A DNA stretch of 63,863 nt, filler included, from Octopus bimaculoides (Eukaryota): NCBI RefSeq assembly GCF_001194135.2. It is 4 parts of 3 records of this genome, joined end to end, with 100 filler letters (N's around TTAATTAATTAA, not from the genome) between each part and the next. Parts side by side here need not be neighbours in the genome. Positions count along the whole stretch, not along the records: positions 24,725 to 52,928 come from NC_068983.1; 3 more parts are not named here. One strand, 5' to 3'. Under the pieces are notes generated by a model that searched no databases, was not told where the DNA came from, and was given only the letters and a program-made list of their open reading frames with translations. The position numbers and the translations under genes were made by a program. Positions 24,625 to 37,039 of the stretch are shown here, one piece after another. Each line of letters opens with the position of its first letter. Within the stretch, counting starts at the first letter, position 1.

Positions 24625-24724
24625 NNNNNNNNNNNNNNNNNNNNNNNNNNNNNNNNNNNNNNNNNNNNTTAATTAATTAANNNNNNNNNNNNNNNNNNNN
24701 NNNNNNNNNNNNNNNNNNNNNNNN
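24625..24724. other. Assembly spacer: 44 N + TTAATTAATTAA + 44 N
   Basis: Exactly 100 bp; identical structure at 52929-53028 and 62671-62770. Confidence 0.95.
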
Positions 24725-24766
<42 letters not shown>

Positions 24767-25269
24767 CCAGTCATATACCACGTCTCGACTATAACAAAGT
24801 TCCTGTGACGAAATAAGTTGTCCTAAAATATTTATAACTCCATGACAACACATCTGCTACAACAAAAAGGAAAATAAGACACGAAAATTCTAGAAGATAA
24901 ATAAACACGTGTGTGCCTCTCACAAAGAGATAACGCTTGACATCAGAACACGCCTTATTCACGTTTAAGAACCAAGCATACTTTCTTAAACACTTTGCAC
25001 AACGGCACACAGCTTATTAGCAGATAACAAGGGAACATCACTTGACACTTTTACAACAAAAGCAGACAGGTTAAATAAATATCAATGACAGTATTTGTAT
25101 GCAATGCCGTATAATCAGTAAACTTCTCAATGTTGTCTTCGGTGAATTTGGCTGCCGTTATTGTGAATTTTCCGTTATCTCGGAAGTCATTTTTTAAATG
25201 TATTGTATTTATTATGTAAAAGTAGTGGTTACAAAAAGGTAGCGTAAATACTGATTTCTAATTTTAGCA

Positions 25270-25457
25270 TAAGCTCAGCAGTTTCGAGGGAGGGTGTAGT
25301 TGATTACATCAATCTCAGTGTTCATCTAGTACTTATTTTATCGAACCTCAATTGATGAAAGGCAAAGTCAACCTCGGCGGATCTCAGAACATGAAGACGG
25401 ACGGAAAGTCGCTAAGCATTTTACCCGGCGTGCGAACGATTCTGCCAGCTCGCTGTA
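25270..25457 (-). mobile_element. SINE family B, diverged
   Basis: gatgaaaggcaaagtcaacctcggcgg...ttctgccagctcgc. Confidence 0.8.
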
Positions 25458-25492
25458 GTGTAACATTGTTATTTTGCATTATATAGGCATTG

Positions 25493-25760
25493 GCGTGGCT
25501 ATATAGAAGCAAGCGTAGATGTGTGGTTAAGAATCTTACTTCCTAACCACGTGATCTTAAGTTCAGTCCCACTTTGTAGCACTTTTACAAGGTTTTTCTT
25601 TTTTTACCATAGCCCTGGATTCAGTAAACGAAATTTGAAGGAAATCCGTCGTATACATCTATATATATTTATGCATGTGTTTCTTTGTGTTTGTGCTTGT
25701 CCCCTGTCACCGCTTGTCAACCGGTGTTATAATGTTTATGTCCCCCTAATTTGTAGGCTT
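25493..25760 (+). mobile_element. SINE family A, diverged
   Basis: tgtgtggttaag..aaccacgtg..gttcagtcccact head and cttgtcaaccggtgtt body. Confidence 0.7.
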
Positions 25761-26856
25761 TGACAATGTGTTCGCTGAAAAAGTCTCAAAACTTCAGGAA
25801 TGCACGTTGTCTGAATATATCTATGTATTATGCTGAGAGTGCCACAACTAACATGCGATCTAATACAAGTTGCTGAATATTTGGGTCGTCGGTAATGAAA
25901 CCGGCTTCTCCATCAACTTAGCCTGGCTAGGAGAGTTTCTAGAAATCCGGTATCTGTAAAATATGTCAAAAAGGCGGAGGAACCAAGCACAAAGTCGACA
26001 TCTGTCTAACATTAGTGTGTGCAGAGGCATGAATGTTCGTAACTGCAAATGAGCCTACCGTGACATCATTGGATGTACGATGGATAAACTTGTGCTCTTT
26101 AGCCACGGTGAAAGTAGATTATGTTGGAGAAGATGACTCCAAATGAAAACATGGCAAATCAAACAATCATTTGTAATATCCAATGATTTTAGCATTTGCT
26201 TTCTTTTATTGATTTTTTACATATAGTCAATAAAAGCAGGGTTGTGTTACACAAGTCCTATCTTCCTTTTCTCATGGATATTTCATATCTTAAACATACA
26301 CAGGTGTTGCTTTTTAATATAGTTACTGTTTTGCGGTTCAATAACAAATAATTATCATACTCAATATCAAGTGTTGGGATGGAGCATCGTATCATTAGCG
26401 ACCTGTTAGCCACGCTTGACGCATAAACACCGTTGCTTCTCTGGATTGCGTATTCAACTTGCGGTATTCACCCGATGCGCATGTCTGCTCCCTCTGTATC
26501 TTTGACCGTGTATTAGAACCTTATAATGTCCATTGATCTTAGTATTTGCTTTTTTTTTATTGATATTTCATATGCCCAATTAAGTTAGTGTGGTACTGCG
26601 TAAAACGTATCTTCATGTTATTATTAACATCTCATACCTTATACATACACAGGTGTTGCAAGTTAATATGGTTATCATTTTGCGGCTCATTACACACCAT
26701 GAGGTAATAGAATGGTGCCTTGTACGAGCAATGTTCGATGCGCAAACACTGTTGTTACGACTGAACTCCGTTCCTTGCATTGCTCAGCCGTTCTGCATAT
26801 TTACTTCGGGTCAGCGGTTTACGAATTTTGAGTTGACTACACACACATGCTCTCTT

Positions 26857-26925
<69 letters not shown>

Positions 26926-27207
26926 TTCTCTCTTTCTCTCTTTCTCTCTCTCTNNNNNNNNNNNNNNNNNNNNNNNNNNNNNNNNNNNNNNNNNNNNNNN
27001 NNNNNNNNNNNNNNNNNNNNNNNNNNNNNNNNNNNNNNNNNNNNNNNNNNNNNNNNNNNNNNNNNNNNNNNNNNNNNNNNNNNNNNNNNNNNNNNNNNNN
27101 NNNNNNNNNNNNNNNNNNTCTCTCTCTCTCTCGTTCTCTCTTTCTCTCTTTCTCTCTCTCTCTCTTTCTCTCTCTCACTTTCTCTCTCTCACTCTTTCTC
27201 TCTCTCA

Positions 27208-27245
<38 letters not shown>

Positions 27246-27289
27246 ATCATCCACACAGACGCGCGCGCGCGCACACACACACACACACA

Positions 27290-27359
<70 letters not shown>

Positions 27360-27699
27360 TACATATATACATACTTCAAAGACTACAGATCTAATACATC
27401 ACTGGAACCGTAAAATCTGTAAAACTTTCCAGAAGATTATCATTTAAATATATATAACCATATATAAGATATGCAACAATATGCATAAGAATACATACAA
27501 AAAACAAAACATACAAATCTGCAGAATACATACATACATACATACATACGTACATACATACATACAAAAATACCCTGTCGTTGATGTTGAAATTCCAATG
27601 AAAGAGGGTTAGATCGAGGTTAAAAACCGGCTCTTCACTATTGGCAAGAAATCTTGAGATAAAACTGAATAATGACTGAGAGAAAGTTGTGCTGAAAGA

Positions 27700-28140
27700 G
27701 TTAGCAGAAGTTCGCCATTACCTTCTACCGGAGAAACGTGGAGCGTTAGGTGTTTCGCTCATAAACACACACACATCACCCGGTCTGAGATTCGAACCCG
27801 CGATCCCTCAACCGAGAGTCCGCTGCTCTAACCACCAAACCATGTGCCGCCAACGAGTAAGTAGTTGTGTGAAACAGGTGTACTACCGAGTGAAGGTACG
27901 AACCCTAGTAGTGTTGTACTCGCGATCGCAAGATGCTGGTTTCGATTCCTGAACTGAATGGTGCGATTTGTTCTTGAGCAACACTCTTGATTTCACGTAA
28001 CTCCAGTCTTCTCTCCTGCAAATGAGTAACCTTGCGCTGGGCCGGTAGCCCGTTGAGGGAGAATGTTACGATCCCAATCATTCATACCTCATGGGAACCT
28101 GGTAACCAGGCTTATGAGTCCTAGAACTCGAGACGGTAAT
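27700..28140. mobile_element. Two head-to-head tRNA-derived CORE-like SINEs (minus 27700-27850, plus 27870-28140)
   Basis: Minus copy contains gagattcgaacccgcg..gctctaaccac; plus copy contains gcgatcgcaagatgctggtttcgattcc..ttcttgagcaacac. Confidence 0.65.
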
Positions 28141-28568
28141 CTTCAGGAGTTGATGATGCTCGATGAAGGCTGTCTATAGGTCGTCCTTCCGCAGAGACTG
28201 ATTCTTTAAATTCTCGCTGTAAGTATTTTTCTTCAAGTCCTTTACGAAGTAATAATTCTTGTAAATACATCGCTACATTTATGCGTAAAGTGCGGCCTTG
28301 CAAATACCGTGTCCTAATGACTTAATGATAATGTTTTTAGAGAAAAGATCCTCTGTGTTGGATTAATATGTGGTATGATTGCCATGTCCACAGGGGGACA
28401 TTCCGTGAGAGCCACATGATTCTATGAATCCATATTTTACTCTCTCTCTCTCCCTCTCTCCACACACACACACGCATATAGACCTGATGGTTGCATTGGT
28501 ATGAAATCCAAGCCACTAGACAAACTCTCAGCTTCAGTTTTAATGAAAGTTATACCCTTTAGAAAATG

Positions 28569-28604
<36 letters not shown>

Positions 28605-28605
28605 C

Positions 28606-28775
28606 ATCCATCCAACATTTAAAAAATTTTTTCTGTGACACCCGATCCCTTTTGATCGCCTTGTCTTTCCGCCGACCCTTTTGATCGGAATTTTACTGTT
28701 TTCCCTTCTTTTTGAAAAGCTCTACATTTGTATTTGTCCCCTCTGTGTTCAGCCCTGTGGGGCCAATAAAGAAAG

Positions 28776-28776
<1 letters not shown>
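28606..28776 (+). mobile_element. Short 5'-truncated retro-insertion inside (TATC)n with the shared 3' tail
   Basis: Ends tttgtcccctctgtgttcagccctgtggggccAATAAAgaaag; (TATC)n on both sides. Confidence 0.55.
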
Positions 28777-28831
<55 letters not shown>

Positions 28832-29674
28832 TTACGATTGATGTACATATGTATTTAAATTCAGAGCCAATGCATTATTTTTTGCTATATTGTATAGGAC
28901 GTCAGTTGAGACTGATGAAAGTGATATTTTTACAGCAGGTTATACGTGGGTTAGAAACACAGGATATATTGTAACAAATCACACTCCCAAATGTAATTAG
29001 CTTGTATTTTATTATTTTCTCACAATCTTTAAATGACGCCCTTGCATAACAGAAAAGCGCGGACTCTTTTTTGCAACCTAACGTTGCGCTATTACAAAAA
29101 GCCATTATTATGTCTAACAATATCGTCTCGTTCACATGAAGGAGAAATTAAACGTCTGTAAGACATTAATAAAAGAAAACATCTCCACCCGATTCACTGT
29201 TGTTAGTGTTTTATGAATCCCCATAATGTCAAGCGTCCTCGATGAAAAGGTAAGACATTCGAGAGTGAATGTGTGTACGTGTGAGGGAAGGTCAAATGGA
29301 GATGCCATCTTGGTTTTGGATGAAACATCTAAAGAATTTATTTCCTTTCCGTTATTAATGCCCATATAAAATACTAAGAACAAGAATGAAAGAGGAAGAA
29401 ATCATTGTGTTTCATTTACTTTAACACTTTTACCATAAAGGTGGCGCCTGTTCAAGGCAAACAATTACAGTTACAATATACAGATATAGACACACACAGG
29501 CGCACATAAACACACGGAGACAAACATGAGTAGACTGTTAGATAGATAGATAGATAGATAGAAAGATAGATAGATAGATAGATAGATATAGATATATACA
29601 TACATATATGCATGATTACATATACTACAATCATATATGCATACATACATACATACACACGCACACGCATATAC

Positions 29675-29865
29675 TCTTTTACTTGTTTCAGTTATTTGAC
29701 TGCGGCAATGCTGGAGCACCGCCTTTTAGTCCAACAAATCAACCTCAGGGCTCACTCTTTGTAAGCCAAGTATTTATTCTATCGGTCACTTCCGCCGAAC
29801 CGTTAGGTTACGGGAACGCAAACTCGCCAACATCGGTTGTCAAGCGATGGTGGAGGACAAACACA
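29675..29865 (-). mobile_element. SINE family A, 3' half
   Basis: Reverse complement of the family A body and tail. Confidence 0.85.
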
Positions 29866-30029
29866 ACCACACAAACACATACATGCATACATATATACAT
29901 AAATATATATGTACATATATACATACATACATACATACATATATGATGTGGCTGGAAAGCAAGCTTCAGTCTTGCACCGAAGGTTTACAGGAATTTTTAA
30001 AGAATACTTTTCGATACATTTTTTTCTAC

Positions 30030-30208
30030 TTTTATTTGTTTCAGACATTTGATCGCGGTCATGCTGGAGTACCGCCTTTAGTCGAACCAAATCGACCCCA
30101 AGATTCGCCGAAGGTGCCACACTTGCCCAAGGTGCCACACACTGGGACTGAACCCGGAAATATGTGGTTGGGAAGCAAGCTTCTTACCACTCAGTCACTC
30201 CTGCGCCT
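30030..30208 (-). mobile_element. SINE family A, internally deleted
   Basis: tRNA-like head (ggcgcaggagtgactgagtggtaag..ccgggttcagtccc on minus) joined directly to the tail. Confidence 0.85.
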
Positions 30209-30270
30209 AAAATTTATAGGAATTAAAAAAAATTACCTTTCGATATATCTATATATATAAATCTGAGAAT

Positions 30271-30339
<69 letters not shown>

Positions 30340-30344
<5 letters not shown>

Positions 30345-30540
30345 CTGTGTGTGGCTGTACTTCCAACATCGCTTGACAACCGATGTTGCTGTGTTTACGT
30401 CGCCGTAACTTAGCCGTTAGGCAACACACACTGATAGAATAAGTACTAGGTTTACAAAGAATAATTCCTGGTGTCGATTTCTTCGACTAAAAGGAGTGCT
30501 CTAGCATGGCCGCAACCACATGACCAAAACAGTTAAAACA
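30340..30540 (+). mobile_element. SINE family A, 3' half
   Basis: cgcttgacaaccgatgttg..gactaaaaggagtgctctagcatggccgc. Confidence 0.85.
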
Positions 30541-31249
30541 ATAATAAACTGTCATATTAACCCCGCGCAACGCCGGGTATCTCTGCTATATACATATATT
30601 TATATAAACATATATATAAATATATATACACACATATATACGTATACATACACACACACACAATATTCATATACGCCCATGCACCCACATTACACATTGT
30701 ACATATAGTGGCGTTACAAATGTGACCTAGGTCTAAGAAAATAGTAGATCCCTATTTTATACTCTCAGAGTTGTTTTACATTTATAATGATGCCCTACAC
30801 TGCATTTAATGGACAACCTGAAATTGAAAGCAGTTATAACTGCATAAATATTTAAGAGAGAAGTATTGAACGGCAATTAATGATATTAAAATGTTACTGA
30901 AAATATTAGTTTTTGTATTTTGAATAAACTAACGGCTGCAAATCGAGTAATCGTGTAATTCAATCGTTTATCTTCTCAAAGAAAGAAGAAAAGAAAAGAA
31001 ATTAAAGAACAATATGATAAATCGAAAATGTCCTTTAGTTAACACGTATACAAATTTCAATTGATCGATGTCTATACAATAGCATTCTGATTAGAGAAAA
31101 TTGTCTTGTTGTTTTATCGTGCTTATTCAAGATTTTGGTTTGCAATTTATACCGTACTTAAATGCAACTTTTTCCATTTATCAGACTGATTGCTTGGAAA
31201 CGGGTGAAATGTATCTTAATTTCAACTTAATTTCAACCATAATCTTTTC

Positions 31250-31635
31250 TTTTCTACTCTAGGCACAAGGCTCGAGATTTTAGGGGAGGGGGCAGTCGAT
31301 TAGATCGACCCCAGTGCACAGTTGGTACTTAATATATCGACCCTGAAAGGATGAAAGGCAAAGTCGACCTCGGTGGAATTTGAACTCAGAACGTAAAGAC
31401 AGACGAAATACCGCTAAGTATTCTTTTCTATTCTAGGCACAAGGCCCGAAGTTATTGGGGAGGGAGCCAGTCGATTAGATCGACCCAAGTACGTAACTGG
31501 TACTTAATATATCGACCCCTAAAGGATGAAAGGCAAAGTCGACCTCGGCGGAATTTGAACTCAGAATGTAAAGACAGACGAAATACCGCTAAATGTTTCG
31601 CCCGGCGTGCTAACGTTTCTGCCAGCTCGCTGCCT
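31250..31635 (-). mobile_element. Tandem pair of SINE family B copies
   Basis: Two successive copies (about 31250-31420 and 31427-31635) of ctaggcacaagg..gatcgaccc..ggatgaaaggcaaagtcgacctcgg..gacgaaataccgct. Confidence 0.92.
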
Positions 31636-32344
31636 TTAATTTGAACAATAATCGCTTTATGAAATGGAGGAAATTTTTCTAAGTTCAGCCCGAATTAAAA
31701 GAAATACGGCATAGCTCTGTGTCTCCTACATTACAAACTATTGTTGAAAGTAATGAAAGTAATGAAGCCTTTTTAAGTTTACGCAAATAAAACTTAAAAA
31801 GTTCATTTTCAGCTTATTTTCTTTATACTTGTTACTCGTGTTAAGAGCCATTTTACTCACAAAACTGTCCTGCTGATGTGAATATCTCTGAAAATCAAAG
31901 TAAAGCAGGATAACTATGGACAACGTTTTCGAAACCTCCAGATTTACAATTTACAATTATGCCAATTATAATTGTGCATTTTGTTTTGTGAGTAAATACT
32001 TAACTGATAATCTGGATAAGCTTCGATTTCCAGAACAGAAAAAAAGAACATCAGCCAACTGATTCGCACGTTACAAATACAGTCTGTAAGCGCTGGATTA
32101 AAGCTATGTATGACTTTTCTCAAGTTTAAAATGTAAGATTGTTTTTGCTATCTACAATCCAAAGATTGAGCTTTGTATCTTCGTTAGAAACCAGCTCGTT
32201 CCTCAGAGGAAGAATTTAAATAATTAAAAACATCCATCCATTCATACAATCCTCCTCCCCACACGCAAACAGATACACATACTCTTTAATTCTTTTACAT
32301 GCTTCAGCCCTAAGGCTATGGTCATGCTGGAGCACCGCCAGAGT

Positions 32345-33700
32345 AATCACCCCTTCAATGGCCAAATTTAAGTAATTGGCTTTTGGTCAAGGAAAGATTT
32401 CGACATTTCTGAGTTTTCTGCTTTGATATTGGTTCATCTGTGACCTTGGATAGCAGGAAGTCAAGTTGTTTCTTGAAAAAAATTTGCCCCTACTCCATGA
32501 AAATATCTCAGGTGTTTTGATAAGGCGCTAAATAACTGGGCGCTTGAATCCCAAGTAATTACAGTACATGGTCCTCAATCTTCACGGGATAACTGAGACC
32601 TTTGGAACAGCACAGAGATGTCCAATTCGGGGTCTGGTATAGCTCTTGATATCAAAGTTTGGAGCCAGCCCCTCCAGGATCTTCCACACATATATCACTG
32701 TATACCTCTCCCGTCTTCGCTCTAAGGAGTAGAGTCGTAGCTCTTTCAGTCTCTCTCAGTGGCTCAGCCGATCCATTGATGCAATCTTGCTGGTGTAACA
32801 CCACTGAACTGCTTCAAGTTCTGCTATTAAGTTGACACTGTAGGATAACTACAGTAGCCCAGACGGCTGAGTATAAATGCCCTCCATAGAACCAGCATAG
32901 TTTCCTAGTCCCTTGATCTGAAGGTTCACAGAATCCATCCGGCCATTCGCCTGCAAGCTACCATCAGCTTGGTGATATGCATGTGAGACGGTGCGTCGTT
33001 GATCTTCTCAATTCCCAGATCACTCACTGTACTCTGGGATTGCCGCTCCTTTTGGTCCAAAGTATCGCTGTCGTGGCTTCTGAGCACCAGCTCGTTCCTG
33101 ATAGGAAGAATTTAAATAGTTACGAACATAGACAAGAACATCCCTCCATCCATCCATCCATTCATCCATCCATTCATCCATCTATCCACCTTAGCTCCCC
33201 CCCCACACAAACACACATACACACTTTCCTTCCTCTTGTAGTGGAGGATTTAGAATTTACCTGCAATAAATTGCATGTTGTTTTTTCAGCCCATTTATAT
33301 ATGACATGCAAGTAATTCTGTAGAAGATTAGCTTCAGAGGGTCCCCTGACAACTTGTACTACCTTTGTGTCGTCAGTATAGCTAGTAAGTGTGGCTGTCC
33401 GTGTAAATGGTGGCATATCTGAAAGAGCCACCATGAACAGCAGTGGCCCCTAATAATTTCCCCAATACATTTCCCAGCAGCGGCCCCAATATATTTCTAT
33501 TAATGTCCCCTTGAAGAGGGCTTTATTGGCTGCCAAAGCCTATATTCTGATTTTTAAGAGGTCATACAGCCACTCTCCCAGTTTTCTGGCTATGCAGGAT
33601 CTCTGTAGCTTGTGACATATCAACCCATGATCAACCTTATCAACGGTGTTTGCAAAATCGAGATGTATCGCATCCATGTTTGAGCGATTCATTATTTCAA
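32345..33700 (-). mobile_element. CR1-clade LINE RT and 3' region, degraded
   Basis: MDAIHLDFANTVDKVDHGL, GPLLFMV, SYTDDTK (RT catalytic motif), LEAVQ..ERLKELRLYSLERRRERYTVIYVWKI. Confidence 0.88.
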
Positions 33701-33946
33701 CATGTGTGTGTTTGTGTGTGTCTGTCTGTGAATGTTTGTATGTCTGTATACTGGTAATGTCCATATTTTTTACATAAAAATTTTACAAGATAATTTTATC
33801 ATTTAAAGAGTAATTAAATGCCTGTGTTAATGAATAACGAGAACGAGGCAGCTGTTTTATTTTAATTTCCTTTCATTATAGTATTGTTATCAAACAGGTG
33901 GCGGTTGACAATAAAATCTAAAACTCCAGTCTAGCAAAGACTATTT

Positions 33947-34061
<115 letters not shown>

Positions 34062-34654
34062 CACGCTGGCACACGCAAATATACACACATACACATGCAC
34101 GCACATAAATACACCCATATGATAGACAAAGAGATCTTACTCCCCTCTCAACTTAACTCACTTAGATATAACAAGTATTTCCAGTTTCACTGAGTCTCCA
34201 CATACATCTGTTGCCTTTACCAGGCCATTAAATTTTCCTCCATATCTCTCATTGTATTAAACACATAGATTTTACACCACCTAATTTAAATTTCATTGTT
34301 CTCATGGACTTATTGTTCAGAACTGTTCTTGGCCCTCTCAGCCCTGCCATATTAATGCTTATGGTACACATGTTAAATTTTATTACAACAGTTTCATCAC
34401 TCCTAAGCATCTGCAAAACTCTTAATATTTATATTTTCTGAATCTCCAAGACGTGACGACTTTACGTATGCAATGGCATCAGCGTAATTGGATACATGGG
34501 GTCGTTCAACCACTGTAATCACTCCACATCCGTATACAACGCATCGTCCTTACTTGGCACTGGATTGAGAGGATTGGGAGCAGCTGTTTTGCCGCTGGTA
34601 ATTTGGCACGGCTGACTGTGGGCCTGTTTTGGCGACAGTATGTTTTGGCAATGG

Positions 34655-35270
34655 AGGCAAGCACATACAGGAAAGGGGTTAAGTCGATTAGATCGACCTC
34701 AGTAATTAAATGGTACTTAATTTATCGACCTCAAAAGGATGAAAGGCAAAGTCGACTTCGACGGACTTTGAATTCAGAACGTAAAGACGGCCGAAATGCC
34801 TGGTGTGCAAGATCTTAATATAATAGGTGCTTCTTTATGGTGCCGAGCCGGCAGAATCGTTAGCATGCCGGACAAAGTGCTTAGTGGCATTTCGTTCGTG
34901 TTTATATTCTGAGTTTCAATTCTGCCGAAATCGTATTTACCTTCCATCCTTTCGGGGTTAATAGAATATGCACCAGTTGAAAACTGGTGTCGATATAATC
35001 ACCCGCTTCACCGAAATTTCTGGCCTTGTGCCAAAAGTTAAAACCAATATATTAGGTGCTACTAAGGCGTTGAGATGGCAGAATAATTATCACGCCGGAC
35101 AAAATACTTTTCAACATTTTATCCGTTTTCACGTTCTGAGTGCAAATTCCTCTGCCTTTCATCCCTTCGGTGTCGATAAAATAAGGATAAGTTGAACACT
35201 GGGTGTCGATGTAATAGACTTATCCCTTCCTTCAAAAGTTCCGGCCTTGTGCCTGTAGTAGAAAGGCATA
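34655..35270. mobile_element. Cluster of three SINE family B copies (one minus, two plus)
   Basis: Core motif at about 34730-34770 (minus), 34920-34970 and 35140-35190 (plus). Confidence 0.8.
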
Positions 35271-35309
35271 TATTAAGTGCTTCTAATCTATAGACAAGTG
35301 ACAGATATA

Positions 35310-35501
35310 CTCTTTTACGTTTTACTTGTTTCAGTTATTTGACTGTGGCCATGCTGGAGCAAATCGACCCCAGGACTTATTCTTTGGATGCCTAGTACTT
35401 ATTCTATCGGTCTCTTTGGCCGAACCACTAGGTTACGGGGGCGTAAACACACCACCATCGGTTGTCAAGCGATGTTGGCGGGGGGGGACACACAAACATA
35501 T

Positions 35502-35537
<36 letters not shown>

Positions 35538-35616
35538 ATATATACGACAGGCTTCTTTTCAGTTTCCGTCTACCAAATCCACTCACAAGGCTTTGGTCGG
35601 CCTGAGGCTATAGTAG
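35310..35616 (-). mobile_element. SINE family A, cut by an N gap
   Basis: Reverse complement of ctatagcctcaggccgaccaaagccttgtgagtggatttggtagacggaaactgaaa and the tail. Confidence 0.9.
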
Positions 35617-36490
35617 NNNNNNNNNNNNNNNNNNNNNNNNNNNNNNNNNNNNNNNNNNNNNNNNNNNNNNNNNNNNNNNNNNNNNNNNNNNNNNNNNNNN
35701 NNNNNNNNNNNNNNNNNNNNNNNNNNNNNNNNNNNNNNNNNNNNNNNNNNNNNNNNNNNNNNNNNNNNNNNNNNNNNNNNNNNNNNNNNNNNNNNNNNNN
35801 NNNNNNNNNNNNNNNNNNNNNNNNNNNNNNNNNNNNNNNNNNNNNNNNNNNNNNNNNNNNNNNNNNNNNNNNNNNNNNNNNNNNNNNNNNNNNNNNNNNN
35901 NNNNNNNNNNNNNNNNNNNNNNNNNNNNNNNNNNNNNNNNNNNNNNNNNNNNNNNNNNNNNNNNNNNNNNNNNNNNNNNNNNNNNNNNNNNNNNNNNNNN
36001 NNNNNNNNNNNNNNNNNNNNNNNNNNNNNNNNNNNNNNNNNNNNNNNNNNNNNNNNNNNNNNNNNNNNNNNNNNNNNNNNNNNNNNNNNNNNNNNNNNNN
36101 NNNNNNNNNNNNNNNNNNNNNNNNNNNNNNNNNNNNNNNNNNNNNNNNNNNNNNNNNNNNNNNNNNNNNNNNNNNNNNNNNNNNNNNNNNNNNNNNNNNN
36201 NNNNNNNNNNNNNNNNNNNNAGAGAGAGAGAGAGAGAGAAAAGGAGGGATGGAGAGAAGGAGGGAGGGAGGGAGGGAAGGAGAGGGGGATAGATACAAAA
36301 AATGAGAGGTGGGTTATGGGAGAAAGACATAGCTTATAGTTACTTACAGTGAAACAAGTTGGGTGCAGCATATATTTTCTCGAAGCTAGATAAATGAAAG
36401 AGAAAATCGAATTAGATACGTAAACCCGTAAAATATAATCTAAATCCTATTAAAAATTTCTCTCGAACCCTAGGATTCACAAGCCCAGTT

Positions 36491-36910
36491 TTATTACATT
36501 ATTTACAATTGACGGATATTTATTACATTATTTACAATTAACGGATATTTATTACGTTATTTACAATTGACGGATATTTGTCCTCATCTTGTTTGTTGTT
36601 AACACAACGTTTCGGCTGATATACCCTCTAGCCTTCATCAGGTGTCTTGGGGAAATTTCGAACCTGGGTTCTCATTCCAAAGGTATTTTTAGATGTTGTA
36701 ATAATAATAATAATAATGATTATTATTATTATTCAGGTCACTGCCTGGAATCGAACTCGGAATCTTGGGTTTAGTAGCCCGCACTCTCTTAACTACTACG
36801 CCATATGCCCGTGGGCATATGGCGTAGTGGCATTTGTTGAAGCATTCAGTTAAATCGTAAATAATGTAAATAATGTACATAATTCCTCATCTCTTAAATA
36901 TAGAACTGTA
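36491..36910 (-). mobile_element. tRNA-Arg-headed SINE carrying a hammerhead ribozyme, with an inverted tail segment
   Basis: Minus-strand head GGGCATATGGCGTAGT..CTAC..AAGATTCCGAGTTCGATTCC (A and B boxes), (AAT)n linker, hammerhead, 3x29-bp tail repeat. Homologous copy at 57388-57651. Confidence 0.85.
36601..36646 (-). ncRNA. Minimal type I hammerhead ribozyme (Penelope-type)
   Basis: Minus strand GACAC-CUGAUGA-A-GGCU..AGCC-GAAA-C-GUU-GUGUU. Stem I 5 bp, stem II 4 bp, palindromic ACGU helix III, all core nucleotides present. Confidence 0.8.
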
Positions 36911-37039
36911 TTATCCAGTTACTTGGTTTCCATGGCGTCTAAGTGGTCGAAATTACTACCCCCCACCAAAAACGAGATGCCAGTCCGCTGCGGTGTGCAA
37001 GACAAGCAATGTTTGAGGAGTGCGTCAAGTTGGTTAGTG

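Noticed and set aside
28912-28975. CTGATGA...GAAAC pair
   Set aside because: No stem II or stem I complementarity.
36491-36577. CRISPR-like 29-bp repeats
   Set aside because: The units are contiguous with no spacers, the context is eukaryotic, and there are no cas genes.
36733-36810. tRNA gene (likewise the other SINE heads)
   Set aside because: A and B boxes are present but there is no acceptor-stem closure, and the sequence continues into a repeat body, so it is a SINE head.
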